A DNA stretch of 52,003 bases, filler included, from Dimargaris cristalligena (taxonomy: Eukaryota), in the NCBI GenBank assembly GCA_003614675.1. It is 2 parts of 2 records of this genome, joined end to end, with 100 filler letters (N's around TTAATTAATTAA, not from the genome) between each part and the next. Parts side by side here need not be neighbours in the genome. Positions count along the whole stretch, not along the records: positions 1 to 25,953 come from ML002550.1; positions 26,054 to 52,003 come from ML002551.1. The stretch is one strand, 5' to 3'. Position numbers and translations under genes: made by a program. The notes under the pieces are model-generated. The model ran no database searches. It was given only the letters and a program-made list of their open reading frames with translations, and was not told where the DNA came from. Position 1 is the stretch's first letter. Every line of letters begins with the position of its first letter. Shown here one piece after another: positions 22,794-34,899 of this stretch.

Positions 22794-23093
22794 ATGAAGA
22801 CCTTCACCGCTCTTGCCCTGCTTCTGATCGCCACCCCCGCAATTCTTGCCTTGCCCACCCCTAATGGAAAACACCATGACGATGAGGTGAAGGAGGAGGT
22901 GAAGGTGGTAGCCCCTCCCTCCGACGACGAACTGACAGCCATCGAAAATTGCAAAAATGATCAAGGCAAATCCCACTTTTTTTCTTCGGTGACTGGCGCA
23001 TTAGCCGAAGCCTTCAAGGGCACTAACACTCGTGAGTTGGGCTCTGATGCCTGTCGCATATTGCTACGCAAAGCAGAACAAGAGCAAGCTTAA
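22794..23093 (+). CDS. Small secreted protein of unknown function, 99 aa, two Cys
   Basis: Typical signal peptide MKTFTALALLLIATPAILA-LPTP, upstream TATA, and AATAAA downstream (~23270). Confidence 0.8.
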   Translation: MKTFTALALLLIATPAILALPTPNGKHHDDEVKEEVKVVAPPSDDELTAIENCKNDQGKSHFFSSVTGALAEAFKGTNTRELGSDACRILLRKAEQEQA

Positions 23094-23828
23094 GTGTAAG
23101 TGCAAAGTCGTCAATTCCGACCCGCTTATCCATCCGTACCCCCTCCCCATTACCACGTTTTCCTTCGTTGTTTGACCACCATCCATCGTTAGTGTAGCAT
23201 CCCTCACTCGGAGGGATCGGCTCAATTTTTTATTTTAGTATTAGCAATTTCACAAGTGTATATTGAGCCAATAAAATTCACCATTAAATGTCCCCCAATT
23301 TTGACTAATCTAGCTCCTTTTAAACCTGGAATGGGTGCTGCGTAGGAATTAGAGAGTTTACGCATCTGTCTGGGGAGTAAAATTCATAGTCCCTGGCAAA
23401 GCGTTCAATCGGTTCCTACTGATCAAGGTTTGGCTGAGAATTCACGTGACTATTTTCTCAGTCGTATTTGGCCCTAATAGGGTGCACTGATCTCCCCCTC
23501 CCATTGCTGCGGCATTCCAAATAAACAAAAGGGCCATGGGACATTTAAATAAAAATATGGGTAAGGGAAAATATTAAAAACTGAGCTCAGCCCGAATGGG
23601 CGAGTTCATGGAGTGGGTTTATGCGATTTACCCTAGGATAAGACCTAATCCTCATTGACCTATTCTCCGCAATTCCCCCATTCCTCTCCCCTCCTCCTCC
23701 TCTAAACTTTTCTTCTCTGCATTCGGTATAACCCCGACCGTCTAATCCTTTCTCCCCCCTACGGATTGTATAGTGGCAATTGGTTTGCGTATCGAACAAA
23801 TCCACTCAGCAGTCTTCGTATTCCAACC

Positions 23829-25753
23829 ATGGGCCGCTCAAAAAAACAACCTCGTCAAGAACCACTACAAGGCCGCAGCCCTGAATCCCCGGAGGACAGG
23901 TAAGCCTTTCGGTTCCAACTTCACTATTGTATGAATTCGGCCAACTAGGAATATCTCCCCCCTCCCCACCCTTCTCGTCAACGATAGCATCGGCTCAACT
24001 AATTACTCTTTACTTTAATTTGGATATGAACCTTTAACGGCGGGACTCAGTGCGAAGCCTCAGAGCTCTAAGCGAGGCCCCTTGGACGCATTTCTTCAAA
24101 AAAGCAGTAAAAAGGCGACTAGTTCCCAGGGCAGCCGCAACACCTCGGGGTAGGTTCAGTCTATATCTCTTATGCGCCCAGTGAAGGTATCAAATTTTAA
24201 TACCCCCCCCTCCCCCTAGTTTCCGCTACATAGCCCAGTTGCATAATTTCCAACTAGACTATCAACACGTTATCTTGCCTCCCCCTCCTCGCTAATATTT
24301 TTGAAATTCCTTCACGAATATGACCCTATGCTGCTAATTCCGGTCCCGCAACACTCCGTAATTAGATTAGAGCCCCACAAACCAATCGAGCCTGCCTCAT
24401 ATTTCGATAGGTCTAATACTAAACCTAACCCGGGTGCTAGCATTTCCGTGATTGAAATTGTAAGCGAAAATTAGTAATAATAACTTATGCCTTTTTTTAA
24501 CAAAGTACGCCATATCGGCGGGCTTCCACACAGTCTGCCTAGCGCCAATAATTTTCCAGGTGTTTTGAACACGTTTCAATTAGCCTCTAAAGCCATCTCA
24601 ACAATGCGCAATGAACTCTTTAGCCCAAGTGAATCCAGAAAGGGGGGAAGCACAATGTAGTGTATAGGAGGTGCCTGTGATATGGCTGCTTCTCCCCCCT
24701 TTGTTGTCATGTTTGGCTAGACCACCAGGCACGCTATTTGGCCTTTTTGCATTCACTCTCCCTCCTCCCGCTTGACCTTGTCACGATTGCCAACTGTGGT
24801 CTAAAGTCGACATACCCTCTTTTCCTTCACTATTTATTCCATGCTCATTGAGGAATCTCTTACTCGCTCTTATTGCCACGCATTTGCGGAACTTTACCAC
24901 CCTTATTCTAGGACCCTCCTATTACCCGTTCAACCGACTCCCCCGATTCTATTCCTACACCCATGCCGGCTAAATCCAAACACCCCATGTCCCCCTCGGC
25001 ACTTACTTCGAATAAGAAGAGGAGGATGAACTCTCCACCGGAGGACGATCCAGTCCAAGCCATTCTGGCCCGATTCGGCGAATTGGTCACTACTGTACCC
25101 GAGAAGAAAAGCTACAAGTAGGTTGGGTTTTAAAAACTAAATATAAATTGTAACTTGCAGGTAGTCGTGATAACATCATCCTCATCGTTGCAACCCCCTC
25201 CCCTTTGACTTCGCAAACTCAGAACGATCAATCGCCTCAATTCGTTGCTCTGCTCCTCTGTCTCTACCTCTCTTTCCCCATAATCCGAACATGTACCTGT
25301 GGTCACCATCACTACTAGCCACTGGGCCAAGAAACCATCGGCCGGACCATCTGCGCCAGGTTCTAAAGAGGTCCCCCGGGGAGATCCGTCTTGCCTCACC
25401 GGCCTAACTTTCGTTATCACAGGGGAGCTTCCCTGTATTGCCCGCTCCGATACCGAAGACTTGATCAAACGGCACGGAGGCCGAGTAACCTCGGCGCCCA
25501 GTTCCAAGACGACGTTTGTGATCGTGGGTGACGACCCTGGCTCTTCTAAGCTCGAAAAGGCCCAAAAGCTGAAAATTAAAACGCTTGACGAAGATTCCTT
25601 GTTCGATCTTATTCGGGCCCTTTCCGCTCAGAAGCAGTCCACCCCCGCGTCGAATTCGGAACCCTCTGTGCCTTCGGTATCGAGCCCGGTCACTACGGGG
25701 CCTAGAGTGACTAGCCCGTCCCCTCAGTCGTCAACACCAGCGGCCTCTCAAAA
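23829..25753 (+). CDS. RFC1: Replication factor C large subunit RFC1, 5' part only (spliced; AAA+ region lost at the contig end)
   Basis: Exon 25319-25753 encodes GPSAPGSKEVPRGDPSCLTGLTFVITGELPCIARSDTEDLIKRHGGRVTSAPSSKTTFVIVGDDPGSSKLEKAQKL, the RFC1-type BRCT domain. Upstream exons ~23829-23899, 24051-24149 and 24912-25117 have GT/AG borders. Exons between 24150 and 24911 are uncertain. Confidence 0.85.
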
Positions 25754-25953
25754 GTAAGATGGGGCCCACTGTTTACAGGGTTTCAGACTCCTTGAAAGTC
25801 TTTATTGGTGGTTCAGCCTATAATGCCATTGGCTAATTTATAACTGATCACTCGGAATCCCCCACCCCAACCAGAGCCTTCGAGATGGCCCAATTATTTA
25901 CACAAATAGTATCCCTTATTCTACATATAACTAATCCCCACGTCCCCGTCAAT

Positions 25954-26053
25954 NNNNNNNNNNNNNNNNNNNNNNNNNNNNNNNNNNNNNNNNNNNNTTA
26001 ATTAATTAANNNNNNNNNNNNNNNNNNNNNNNNNNNNNNNNNNNNNNNNNNNN
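25954..26053. other. Artificial contig-joining linker / gap (44 N + TTAATTAATTAA + 44 N)
   Basis: Exactly 100 nt with a six-frame stop cassette at 25998-26009. The genes on both sides are truncated at it. Confidence 0.97.
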
Positions 26054-26392
26054 ACGGGTCGAGATGATGTTGTCGCCGGCCCCGGCAATGGTGGCGATGG
26101 CCGAGAATTCGGCGGCCTGGCCACTGCTGGTGGCCACGGCGGCCACACCTCCTTCAAGAGCGGCCACACGCTCCTCGAAGACGGAATTGGTCGGGTTGTT
26201 CACGCGAGTATACAAATAGGCCGGCTTGTCACCAGCGAAAATCTTGGCGGCGTCATCGGCGCTGTCAAAGACGTACGAACTGGTCGCGTAGATGGGGGCG
26301 GCCCGGGCCCGCGCGGGATCGTTCTTGTAACCCTCCTGACCGGCGTGGATCTGAAGGGTTTCGAAGTGAAGGTCGTTGGGGTTAGCCGACAT
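26054..26392 (-). CDS. MET17: O-acetylhomoserine/O-acetylserine sulfhydrylase (Met17), 5' part only
   Basis: [12 protein letters not shown]...[16 protein letters not shown]...[36 protein letters not shown]...AGDNIIST matches the N-terminus of the OAH-sulfhydrylase subfamily of Cys/Met PLP enzymes. Confidence 0.92.
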
Positions 26393-26444
26393 GGTGAGAA
26401 GATAGTAGGAGATGGGTCAGAAAGAAGGGATGGAAGAAGCTGTG

Positions 26445-26470
26445 ATATATATATATATATATATATATAT
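26445..26470. repeat. (AT)n microsatellite upstream of MET17
   Basis: About 13 perfect AT units. Confidence 0.9.
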
Positions 26471-28306
26471 GAAAGGTTGAGTTTGTTTATGAACTCAGAG
26501 GAAACGTGGTGTACGGGATGATGATACCGATTAAGGAGGGAGAGTGACGTGCGTACGTAGTGAAACGTTAAGTTTCGGGGAGAACACAGTCGGGATGCAA
26601 GGGTGAATGTACCGGGATAATAACAGAATGACCAAGGTGTACAGAAACAAGTTGTTGTGCGCCGGGGGTTGCTTTTATATAAGGAAGAGGGAATGGCCTA
26701 TCCAGCACTTTGGTCATTCGCTACCCATACTGTTCTTGCGTTACCATAATACTCCCTCTAAAATATGCAGAGGAGCAGTAAGCTATTGGTATTGGGAGGG
26801 ACTTCTTCGCAGCGACTCACATGGTCACTGCACCCATATTTGCTGGTGCCTTATCCATTACCCCCTCGGAATCCTTGCGGTGGAAGGTACTAGCGATATT
26901 CACTGCGCCCTTGCAGCCTGTGACAGGATAAGGTGGAATATAGTATTGGGGTATAGGGAAAGATTAGAACGGCATTGGCCCCCGGTGGCGCAAGAGCAGG
27001 CTAACCGACCGAGAGAGCAGCCAATGGTTTTGATTAACAACACCCCGTTTCCGTGCCTGGAGATGTCTGCAATGGGAATAGAAAGATACCGATGCCGCCT
27101 ATTACCCCCTAATAATAGAGGCCAGAGCCTCCCCTTTTCGACTTTAGGTATTGGTGGATTTCAACCAACCCCAGGTAGCCCTGCCGAATTGACCATTCCC
27201 TCTTTGTTCAACATGCGGGGGGCCATATGGACCGGGCGACTGCCTGCTACCATGTCGACGTGTGCCAATATCGGCGTCGGATACAATAAGCGTACCATTC
27301 GCTGAAGACAAATCTACTTCCGAGCTCGGCGTGAGAGATGTAGCACACGGAATTAGTCGTGCCCTAAACACCCCTATTTATTAATAATATACCTTTCCCT
27401 CGAGCGGTTTGTCCGGGGACGAATCAGAGTACAGGACGAAGGCGCAACTTGGCCACCATCTCACGAACCGGTTAATCTTCCATTTCTACTACTATACTAC
27501 TCGACAATCCGAACCGGGGGCTCTCGACCCCTTCTTTAATTATCGCCCCATTTGTACAATTCTTAACAATGGAGGGGGTGAGGTATGCCGCACAGTTTCG
27601 CCCTGCACGCCTGACATGCAAATAATATGAAAGTCTACAACACCCTTTCTTTATACATCTAGTATAGGTCTCGTGGTCAACTAAGCCGTAGAGGGTTTTT
27701 GCACGTTGGTGAATAAATCGCCCAGCTGATTAACAGGACTTGCTGTGTTTCAGGTGGGGGTAGCAGGCCTCATCATTATATCAGATTCATTTCCGAATCA
27801 CCCCTGGCAACGAACCCCCCCCCCCGCGCGTGTAGAAGTTGGTTGAATAGTGATTGAATAAAAAGGCCCAATGAGTCAAAAGGGTCGGGCTTTATAATTA
27901 TGTTAAATATACGTTAACATAATAAATGCCTTGCCAAAGTCCAGGCTGTCAATCGGTGGCCCTTGCGAATATTATTAAAAAATTAGGGGCTGCTTTAGGT
28001 CGCCAAGCATAGCATCCCCCTTCTATTATAGGGGGCACTGCTATATCAGCAGCCCTACACCCCAGCGACTGGATCAAGGTTTTACCCAAACCAAACTCCC
28101 TCTGTTTTGGGTGGAGCCGGTCGGTTGGTTAATCAGTGAGCTTGAGCTACTTCACCCAGCTCCCAAGGCCGTGGAAGTCGAAGTGGCCACTGCCGAGTAG
28201 TTCTCGTAAACCATTTAGTGCTCGTCTCTTTTCTTTAACCTCATTGGACTATATTAGTAGACTGCATTCCAATTGTCGCTCATTCTGAACAGGCCTACCC
28301 ACCACC

Positions 28307-30514
28307 ATGTCCACTACTACGACTTCTACTGCTGCTGCCGCCGCCATTGACCCCAGCCAGGGCGCGTCTCAAGGCATTACCGAAGAGGAGGCCGCTCTCT
28401 ACGATCGTCAGATTCGGCTCTGGGGTCTGGATGCCCAGCAAAGGTACAGTTCATTGAATTCCTTCCACAGTACGTAGTACGCGTTGAACCAAGTCGCTTG
28501 GGCTTCAGTTCATCGCCGCTCAATTCCCCTGAAACGAACGCTACCCGGATGAGTCCGGAATATTGGCAGCTCACCGCGTACGCGTAATGGCTAATTGGTC
28601 TTATCACCCTCCGTTATGAACGTCACTACTCTTCCTATAGACTCCGGAATTCGCGCATTCGAGTAGCGGGCTTGAAATCCCCTATTGCGCTGGAGCTCTG
28701 CAAAAACCTGGTGCTGGCCGGTATCGGCCAGCTTTTCCTGATGGACAATCGATTGGTTGAAGCATCGGATTTAACTACTTTATACTGCTGCTTGGGCGAC
28801 GAAGCCTGTGTAGGCACTAAGGTAAATATAGATTACCAACAGTCCACCCTCCCCGGAGGCTGGCCCGGCTGGCCAAGACAATCTATTTTTATATCTCCTT
28901 CATTCAATCAACCCTGGTCTGGCTGAGCATCGGCTATCGGTCCGCCGGGGATACCCTTGATTAACATGTAGTATACCTTTACTACTAACCTACCCGAAAT
29001 GGCCCCTTGACTACTCTATTCACATCTTTAATCATTCGGGAATATCGCTCACCCCTAACCTTAAATCTATAACTAACCGAAACGCCCTCATAACCCCCTC
29101 CCTCTTTAGCTCATTGAGGTATACAAGAAATACCTACAGACCCTAAATCCGCGAGTAATTATTATTCCGGAGGATTTGGCTACCGACGAACTCCAGTCCG
29201 CTCACTTCGAAACTGCACACCTCACCTGTCTAGTTGACTCAACCCCCGCCAATATTATTCGCGTCGCCCAATGCTACCGCGACCATACTGTGAACCAAGA
29301 AGTGCCCCGATCCAACGACTCGGGATCAGCGGTCCCTCCACCCAATGGTCTGCTGACCTCCGGAGCCTACGGCGAGGTAGGGTACATATTCGCCGACTTG
29401 CATATTTTTACCTACAAACGAAATGACCCCAAGACGACGTCCCCGCCCCAGCCGAAGAGCGCTTCCCCTGAGACCGCTCAACCCACGAATACCAAGGTGC
29501 AGGTTACATATCCGGCTTTAGAGGCGGTTCTGTCTCGAGGGTGGTCCGAGATATCCGAACGCCAGCTCAAGCGCAAACTGTCGCCTGTCTGGCTGGCCGT
29601 TACCGGTAAGCACCTCCCTTTCTCCCTAAAACTCCACCCATACCCGCCATTTATCTTACCCTTGTGGTTTACAGTACCTCACGGCCGCACTCATATGGCT
29701 GAATCCTGGTGACATGCACCATTTGCATAGGTCACTATGGTCAGTGAGGATATAGGCCTAGTTCTACATTGCGCCCATATCTTCATCCCAGATATCCACC
29801 TACAATGTCGCCGTCTAACCTTAATTATGTTTGTTCTGGCCCTCACTTTACCCTGTACATATCGCAATCCCCGGAATAGTGCTTTGGCAGTTTGAAATGG
29901 CAAAAGAGTCGACCGGACTCGTCGAAGAGTCCCAGTTGGGGGAGTTCAAGAGCAACTGGCTAAACGAGCGGGGCCTTCCCCCGAATTACATTCCCGATGA
30001 ACTACTAGGGTAAGAATACACTCATATTTCCGGACTGTCGGCTCTGTCACTTGCTCAAAAAAACAACAACATTATATACATCTTACCCGATGGTTAACCT
30101 TGAGCCATATCGATAATTTCTCACCCCTTGTTTCCTCTTTTGATTCTCCGTATCCAGACGATTGCGCCAGGATTGGACCGCTAACCCATCGGTGCCTGTT
30201 GGTGCCATTTTAGGCGGCGTGCTGGCCCAGGAGTGTATAAAGGTCGTGGCAGGCAACGAGCCAGCCCTGCATAACGTGTTCGTATTCGACGGGGAACATT
30301 GTAAGTGATGCCACACGCCAGCGCGTCCAGTCTCCGGTGGATTGGGACGACCGCCTAGCCCCGAAATGTACGCCATATTTACTGTGACGGGCATGTTATT
30401 GCATCCCTTTACATTGGTCGATGAATATGGATTTACTGACTAATCGTATTACACAATATCAACATTACTTATCCCTTTAATGTTCTAGATTTGGGGGTCA
30501 CTAACAATGTGTGA
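28307..30514 (+). CDS. AOS1: SUMO E1 activating enzyme subunit Aos1/SAE1/Rad31; exons 28307-28443, 28641-28821, 29110-29605, 29880-30009, 30158-30300, 30489-30514
   Basis: ITEEEAALYDRQIRLWGLDAQQRLRNS, ELCKNLVLAGIG, LQTLNPRV, GYIFADL and PVGAILGGVLAQECIKVV...HNVFVFDG. All junctions are GT..AG and phase-compatible. The last exon (YLGVTNNV*) is the least certain. Confidence 0.88.
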
Positions 30515-33307
30515 GATAAGATCAGCCAACCTTCGTCCCACCTTTTCTCCCTACCCTTCTTCCGCCAACCCCACACTGACGGCAACACTCAACTAACAGC
30601 CATACCTTCTCTATTCCATGGGTTTACTGGAACTTTGGCCGAATAATAGTGATAATATTATTTTTGGAAAAGGAGATGCCATGTCGCCGACCTACTATGG
30701 TTTAATCAAACGTGTATCTCGTCCGCCGTATATCCCGCCAACCCTTGTTGATGAATTATACGAAGACGACACAGGACCGTATCCCCCCTCCCACTTGGTT
30801 CTCCCATTATTATACGCTTTACCTTTCCGCTGTCTTATGCTTAGAAATAGCACCGGGTCCCATACTTGTATAACAACAGCCACCGGCCGGGGACCCACCA
30901 CCGCATTTTCACCTTATTATGTTTCATATATATCGGTCCATTTATTCGGCGTTAGAAGGGGGATGGGTCATGCGAAACAGCAATTCAGATACATTTAAAT
31001 AAAAAATGGAGGCTGGAAGGAGCGCCATCATTCAGGCATCCCGAAATCCCAAATAATAATTTATCAGCGGAAGGGAGGCACAGGCGCGACAGCCCACACC
31101 CCACTATGCAGGGTCTAATTTAAGCCCCTATTTACAAATATGGAAAGGCAGTTGTATCTATAATCTAAACGAATAGGCGAAAAGGACATGGGCGGGAAAG
31201 CTGTTCAACCGGACGCGATGGGCATTATCGATCGGGATACTCGTCTATTAGTGAACCCTTGAAAGACAGATCACTTTGCTGTGGCAGAGTCTCCTTGAAG
31301 CCGATTTACTTCTTCGAAACTCGTATCCAGCTGGCAATCCCACCTAATTTTAGATATCCCCTTTGTTGTATTTAGGTCACCCATGGTTATTTTGAAATGC
31401 CGTAAGGACCCCATTAGAGAAGTCCACTAGATGAGACCAGCCGGCTGGATGACCCGTCAGGTTAGTAGCCGCGGCTCATTTCGGGTAGTCTAAGAATATA
31501 CACAAATGCCCTTTTCATTAGACCTTGAGTCGAACGGATGTTTATCGGGTCTTTGTTTAAGCTAACCGAATCTTTTCATTGGATTAGGGATATAAATAGG
31601 GAGTGCGTCTGGACTAATGTCACCCACAAATATCGACGGCCTATCGGAGGCCCTGTGTCATCCAGTCTGCGCAAAAGGGTAGAGATAAATCCCTTGTTTC
31701 GTTGCACACGCCGCCCCCCTCATTATATTTCCAACAGAAATTGAACAGGGCAAAGTAAACTCGGCGACGAGGAAAATGTATTTAGCCACCCTCTCCACCT
31801 CCGTCTCCGGATGGGATAATAGCAACCTACCAAGGCCCAGCCGCGGGACCTCGTTAACGATAGTACCCATGAAATCCTTTGCTTGCCGAAAGGTCTGGGC
31901 CCTAGTCTTATTATCGCCTCTTTACTACTCTCCATTTGTTCTTCCTAACTTCGCCTTTTAAACCTAGAATTTATTTTTCGTGGTGCCGCTTATAGAAGAG
32001 TTGGTCTAAATATATAACCATAGCTGATAAATGGTCTGTCCAGGCCCCCCGTTATGGACTTTTTGAAGTTGGGTCTCCCTTGTTCGACGTGTGTTTCCAC
32101 CCCCCCTCTATTTTTCCGGTAATGCCAGCGGTTTATTATCCCCCATGTCCATATTTTTTACTCTGTAATCAAACAACTCCACTTACACTGTAGATATTCA
32201 AGTATTGACAGATGGGCGGTGGGCAAATCCCGATCCCGATTGTCAGATTTTGGACGATTTTATGGAGGAGAGTAGGGGATAGGGCGTGGTTCTTCAATCT
32301 GGGCAAATCGAAGATGTGGCTGTAGACGCTGAATTGGCATAGAACAGAGAGAGAGGAATACCATTGGTTGCGCCGCTGTGGTAAGGCATACTTTCTATAG
32401 GGATTTCTGGCCATCCAACATTCTATAATTAAACCAAGTGTACAGTGTTCCCTTATTTTGACAGCGCGAAGCGTGTTCGAGATGATTGGAGGGGGGCGGT
32501 GTATATATTGAGTAGATTAATTTACGATATGAAGCGATAGCGACAATAGTATAGGGACGGAGGAAATACTAGGAGCCGGCGGCTATGCGAAACTGCCTAT
32601 CCGTCTTTGGCCTCGGAGAACCAGAATTATTCATAAAGGAACTGGAGGTGAGGGAGAGGGAGGGAAAAGGAAGGCGGGTAAAACAAGGGAGGAGGGAGAA
32701 GGTTGCGAAAAATTAATATAGGGTAGGTGTTTGAGCGGCCAAGGCACCAGTCATAATAAGGGGGCCCGATCGACAAGGGTTAAGCCGCCACGGATCGCGT
32801 CCCTGGGTGCTGTCGGGACGGGACGACGACACAAGCAAAAGAGGGCGACGATGGCCGAATTTAATGGTAGGTGGAGCAGAGACTAGGGTTAATCCGCTGG
32901 CTTCGGAGTGAGTCCCTCCCCTCCCTTCCCCGTCTCGAGGCGACGAAGAAATCCTACTATCCCCAACTTATAAATAGAACCACCTTCGGCCCCTTTCCTG
33001 CAAGCCATTAACTCAATAATCAACACCGTCGCCCTCTCTCGCTAATTTTACGACTGCCTAGTACTGTTTCAAAGCAGGCCTTTCCTATCCAGCCCTGTAA
33101 TTATCCCGCCGCTTCGTTTCATTGCTTCCCTTTATTCCCCAAAATATCCTTCCCCTGTGCAGTCGTAATACCTAGCATTCCCAATCCCTATCTTTAATAC
33201 CCCGGATTTCTTTATTATTATTATTATTTGTATAAAACGACCTCGTTTCGCGTCCTCCTTTCCCCGCTCTTTACTCACGAAAACCTATTCCACCCCACTC
33301 ATTCACT

Positions 33308-34018
33308 ATGAAGTCCTTCGCCTTTGCCCTCACCGCTCTGCTCGCCGCCGCCACCATGGTGGTTTCGGCTCCCGCTCCGGAAGATATCACCAGCACCCAA
33401 AAGTCCTGCCTGGCCGGGTCCGCTTGTAAGACTGACCCCAAGTCCTGCCTGCAGTCGTGTTTCGCGGATAACGAGCCCGCCGTGAACGACCTCGGAACGT
33501 GTTACAGCAAGTGTACCGAAGACACCTGTATGCAAGCCTGTAACACGTCGTTCGCCGGAGCCCTGAACGTCCCTCTGGAGGAACTCATTGAGGCCCTGCA
33601 GGGTGCCGAAACCACCAGCCCCGCCGAAACCTCCGATTCCACCGCCTCGACCTCCGCTGCGGCCACGGCCTCGACCAGCGCGGCTACTACTGACGTGACC
33701 TCCTCCGCGGACTCCACCACCAGCAGTAGCGAAGCTGCCTCAACCACTACCTCCTCCGCTGCCTCCTCCACCACCACCACTACCGCCTCGGAAACTACCT
33801 CGTCAACCACCACCCAGTCTTCCGTCTCCTCCACGGCTACTTCGAAGGCCACTTCTTCCTCCGCCCATTCTTCGGCTAGCTCCCTGGTCAGCTCCAAGAC
33901 TTCGTCGGCCCGCCCCACTTCGACCCTGGATGACGAAGAGAACTCCGCCACCGCGGTGACCACCCTGACCTCCGGCTCGCTGGCTCTGGTCGCCCTGGTC
34001 TCTTACTTTGCCCTCTAA
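33308..34018 (+). CDS. Secreted, probably GPI-anchored Ser/Thr-rich cell-surface protein with an N-terminal 8-Cys domain, 236 aa
   Basis: Signal peptide; C-x5-C-x6-C-x3-C-x13-C-x3-C-x4-C-x3-C; long S/T/A stalk; omega-site-like NSA followed by the hydrophobic tail LALVALVSYFAL. Confidence 0.88.
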   Translation: MKSFAFALTALLAAATMVVSAPAPEDITSTQKSCLAGSACKTDPKSCLQSCFADNEPAVNDLGTCYSKCTEDTCMQACNTSFAGALNVPLEELIEALQGAETTSPAETSDSTASTSAAATASTSAATTDVTSSADSTTSSSEAASTTTSSAASSTTTTTASETTSSTTTQSSVSSTATSKATSSSAHSSASSLVSSKTSSARPTSTLDDEENSATAVTTLTSGSLALVALVSYFAL

Positions 34019-34899
34019 TCGTCGGACTCATGTGGGTTTTCTAATTACGTGGTTACAGTATAAAAATTCCCTTATTAGGCCCTTTCTTACACTGTCATCT
34101 ACAGCTTTCTCACTTAAAAAACATCACCTCTAGTTCTCTAAATAATGTGATTAGGGTGCTACGACTGGTCGTACATCTTAATCTAATCTTTAGGTACTTC
34201 TTATGATTCCTATTCGCCTCAGCTATTGTGTCAGTTTCTTTTTATTTATCCCCAAGGTTTAAAATAGTTAGTGTTGGACTCTAGTCCCCATGGTTTACTA
34301 CTCCCCCCTCCCAGCAACCCGCCCTCTGTTCGGGGCTTCGCTTGTAAAATAAACCACTAATTGTCCTATTTGATTAGGTTTAAGTGATGGTGCCCCGTTG
34401 GCTTGATTAGTGGTGAAGGTATTATTAGGACTGTTGGATGTGTGGATTTGGAATAACCTCTAGTAAAGGTAGCCAAAGGGCAGAGGAAGAGAGAACAGCA
34501 GTACACGTGACTGTAGTTCGCTAACGAGTCACCACCATCATATGGTGTGGTGGCGATTAAATAATGACTTGGCTAGTGACCCAGTAGTGTTGCCGTTGCA
34601 CCACTAATCAGCATTATTGGCAGGTGCACACCCAATACTCCGCGGGGAGTAATGATGGGTTGGCTGGTTAGACAACGGAGAATGGCCAGCGATTTTACCC
34701 GATAGATATTGTGGACAGGATTGACTGTGTCCACCACACCTGCCTATCTATCACTCTAATAGTCGGTGGTTTCCTCCTGGGCCTTTTCCTTTAACACCCA
34801 CAACTCCTTTTACCTCTTTTTGATTGCTCAGTCTGTCGATTGAGTTACTTTAGTACTATTTTCCTAAGAAACCTCTCACCCTCAATTACTTTATTCAAT

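Noticed and set aside
26607-27305. 232-aa ORF between MET17 and AOS1
   Set aside because: No recognisable motif, no coding-like codon bias and random-looking composition; probably divergent promoter DNA.
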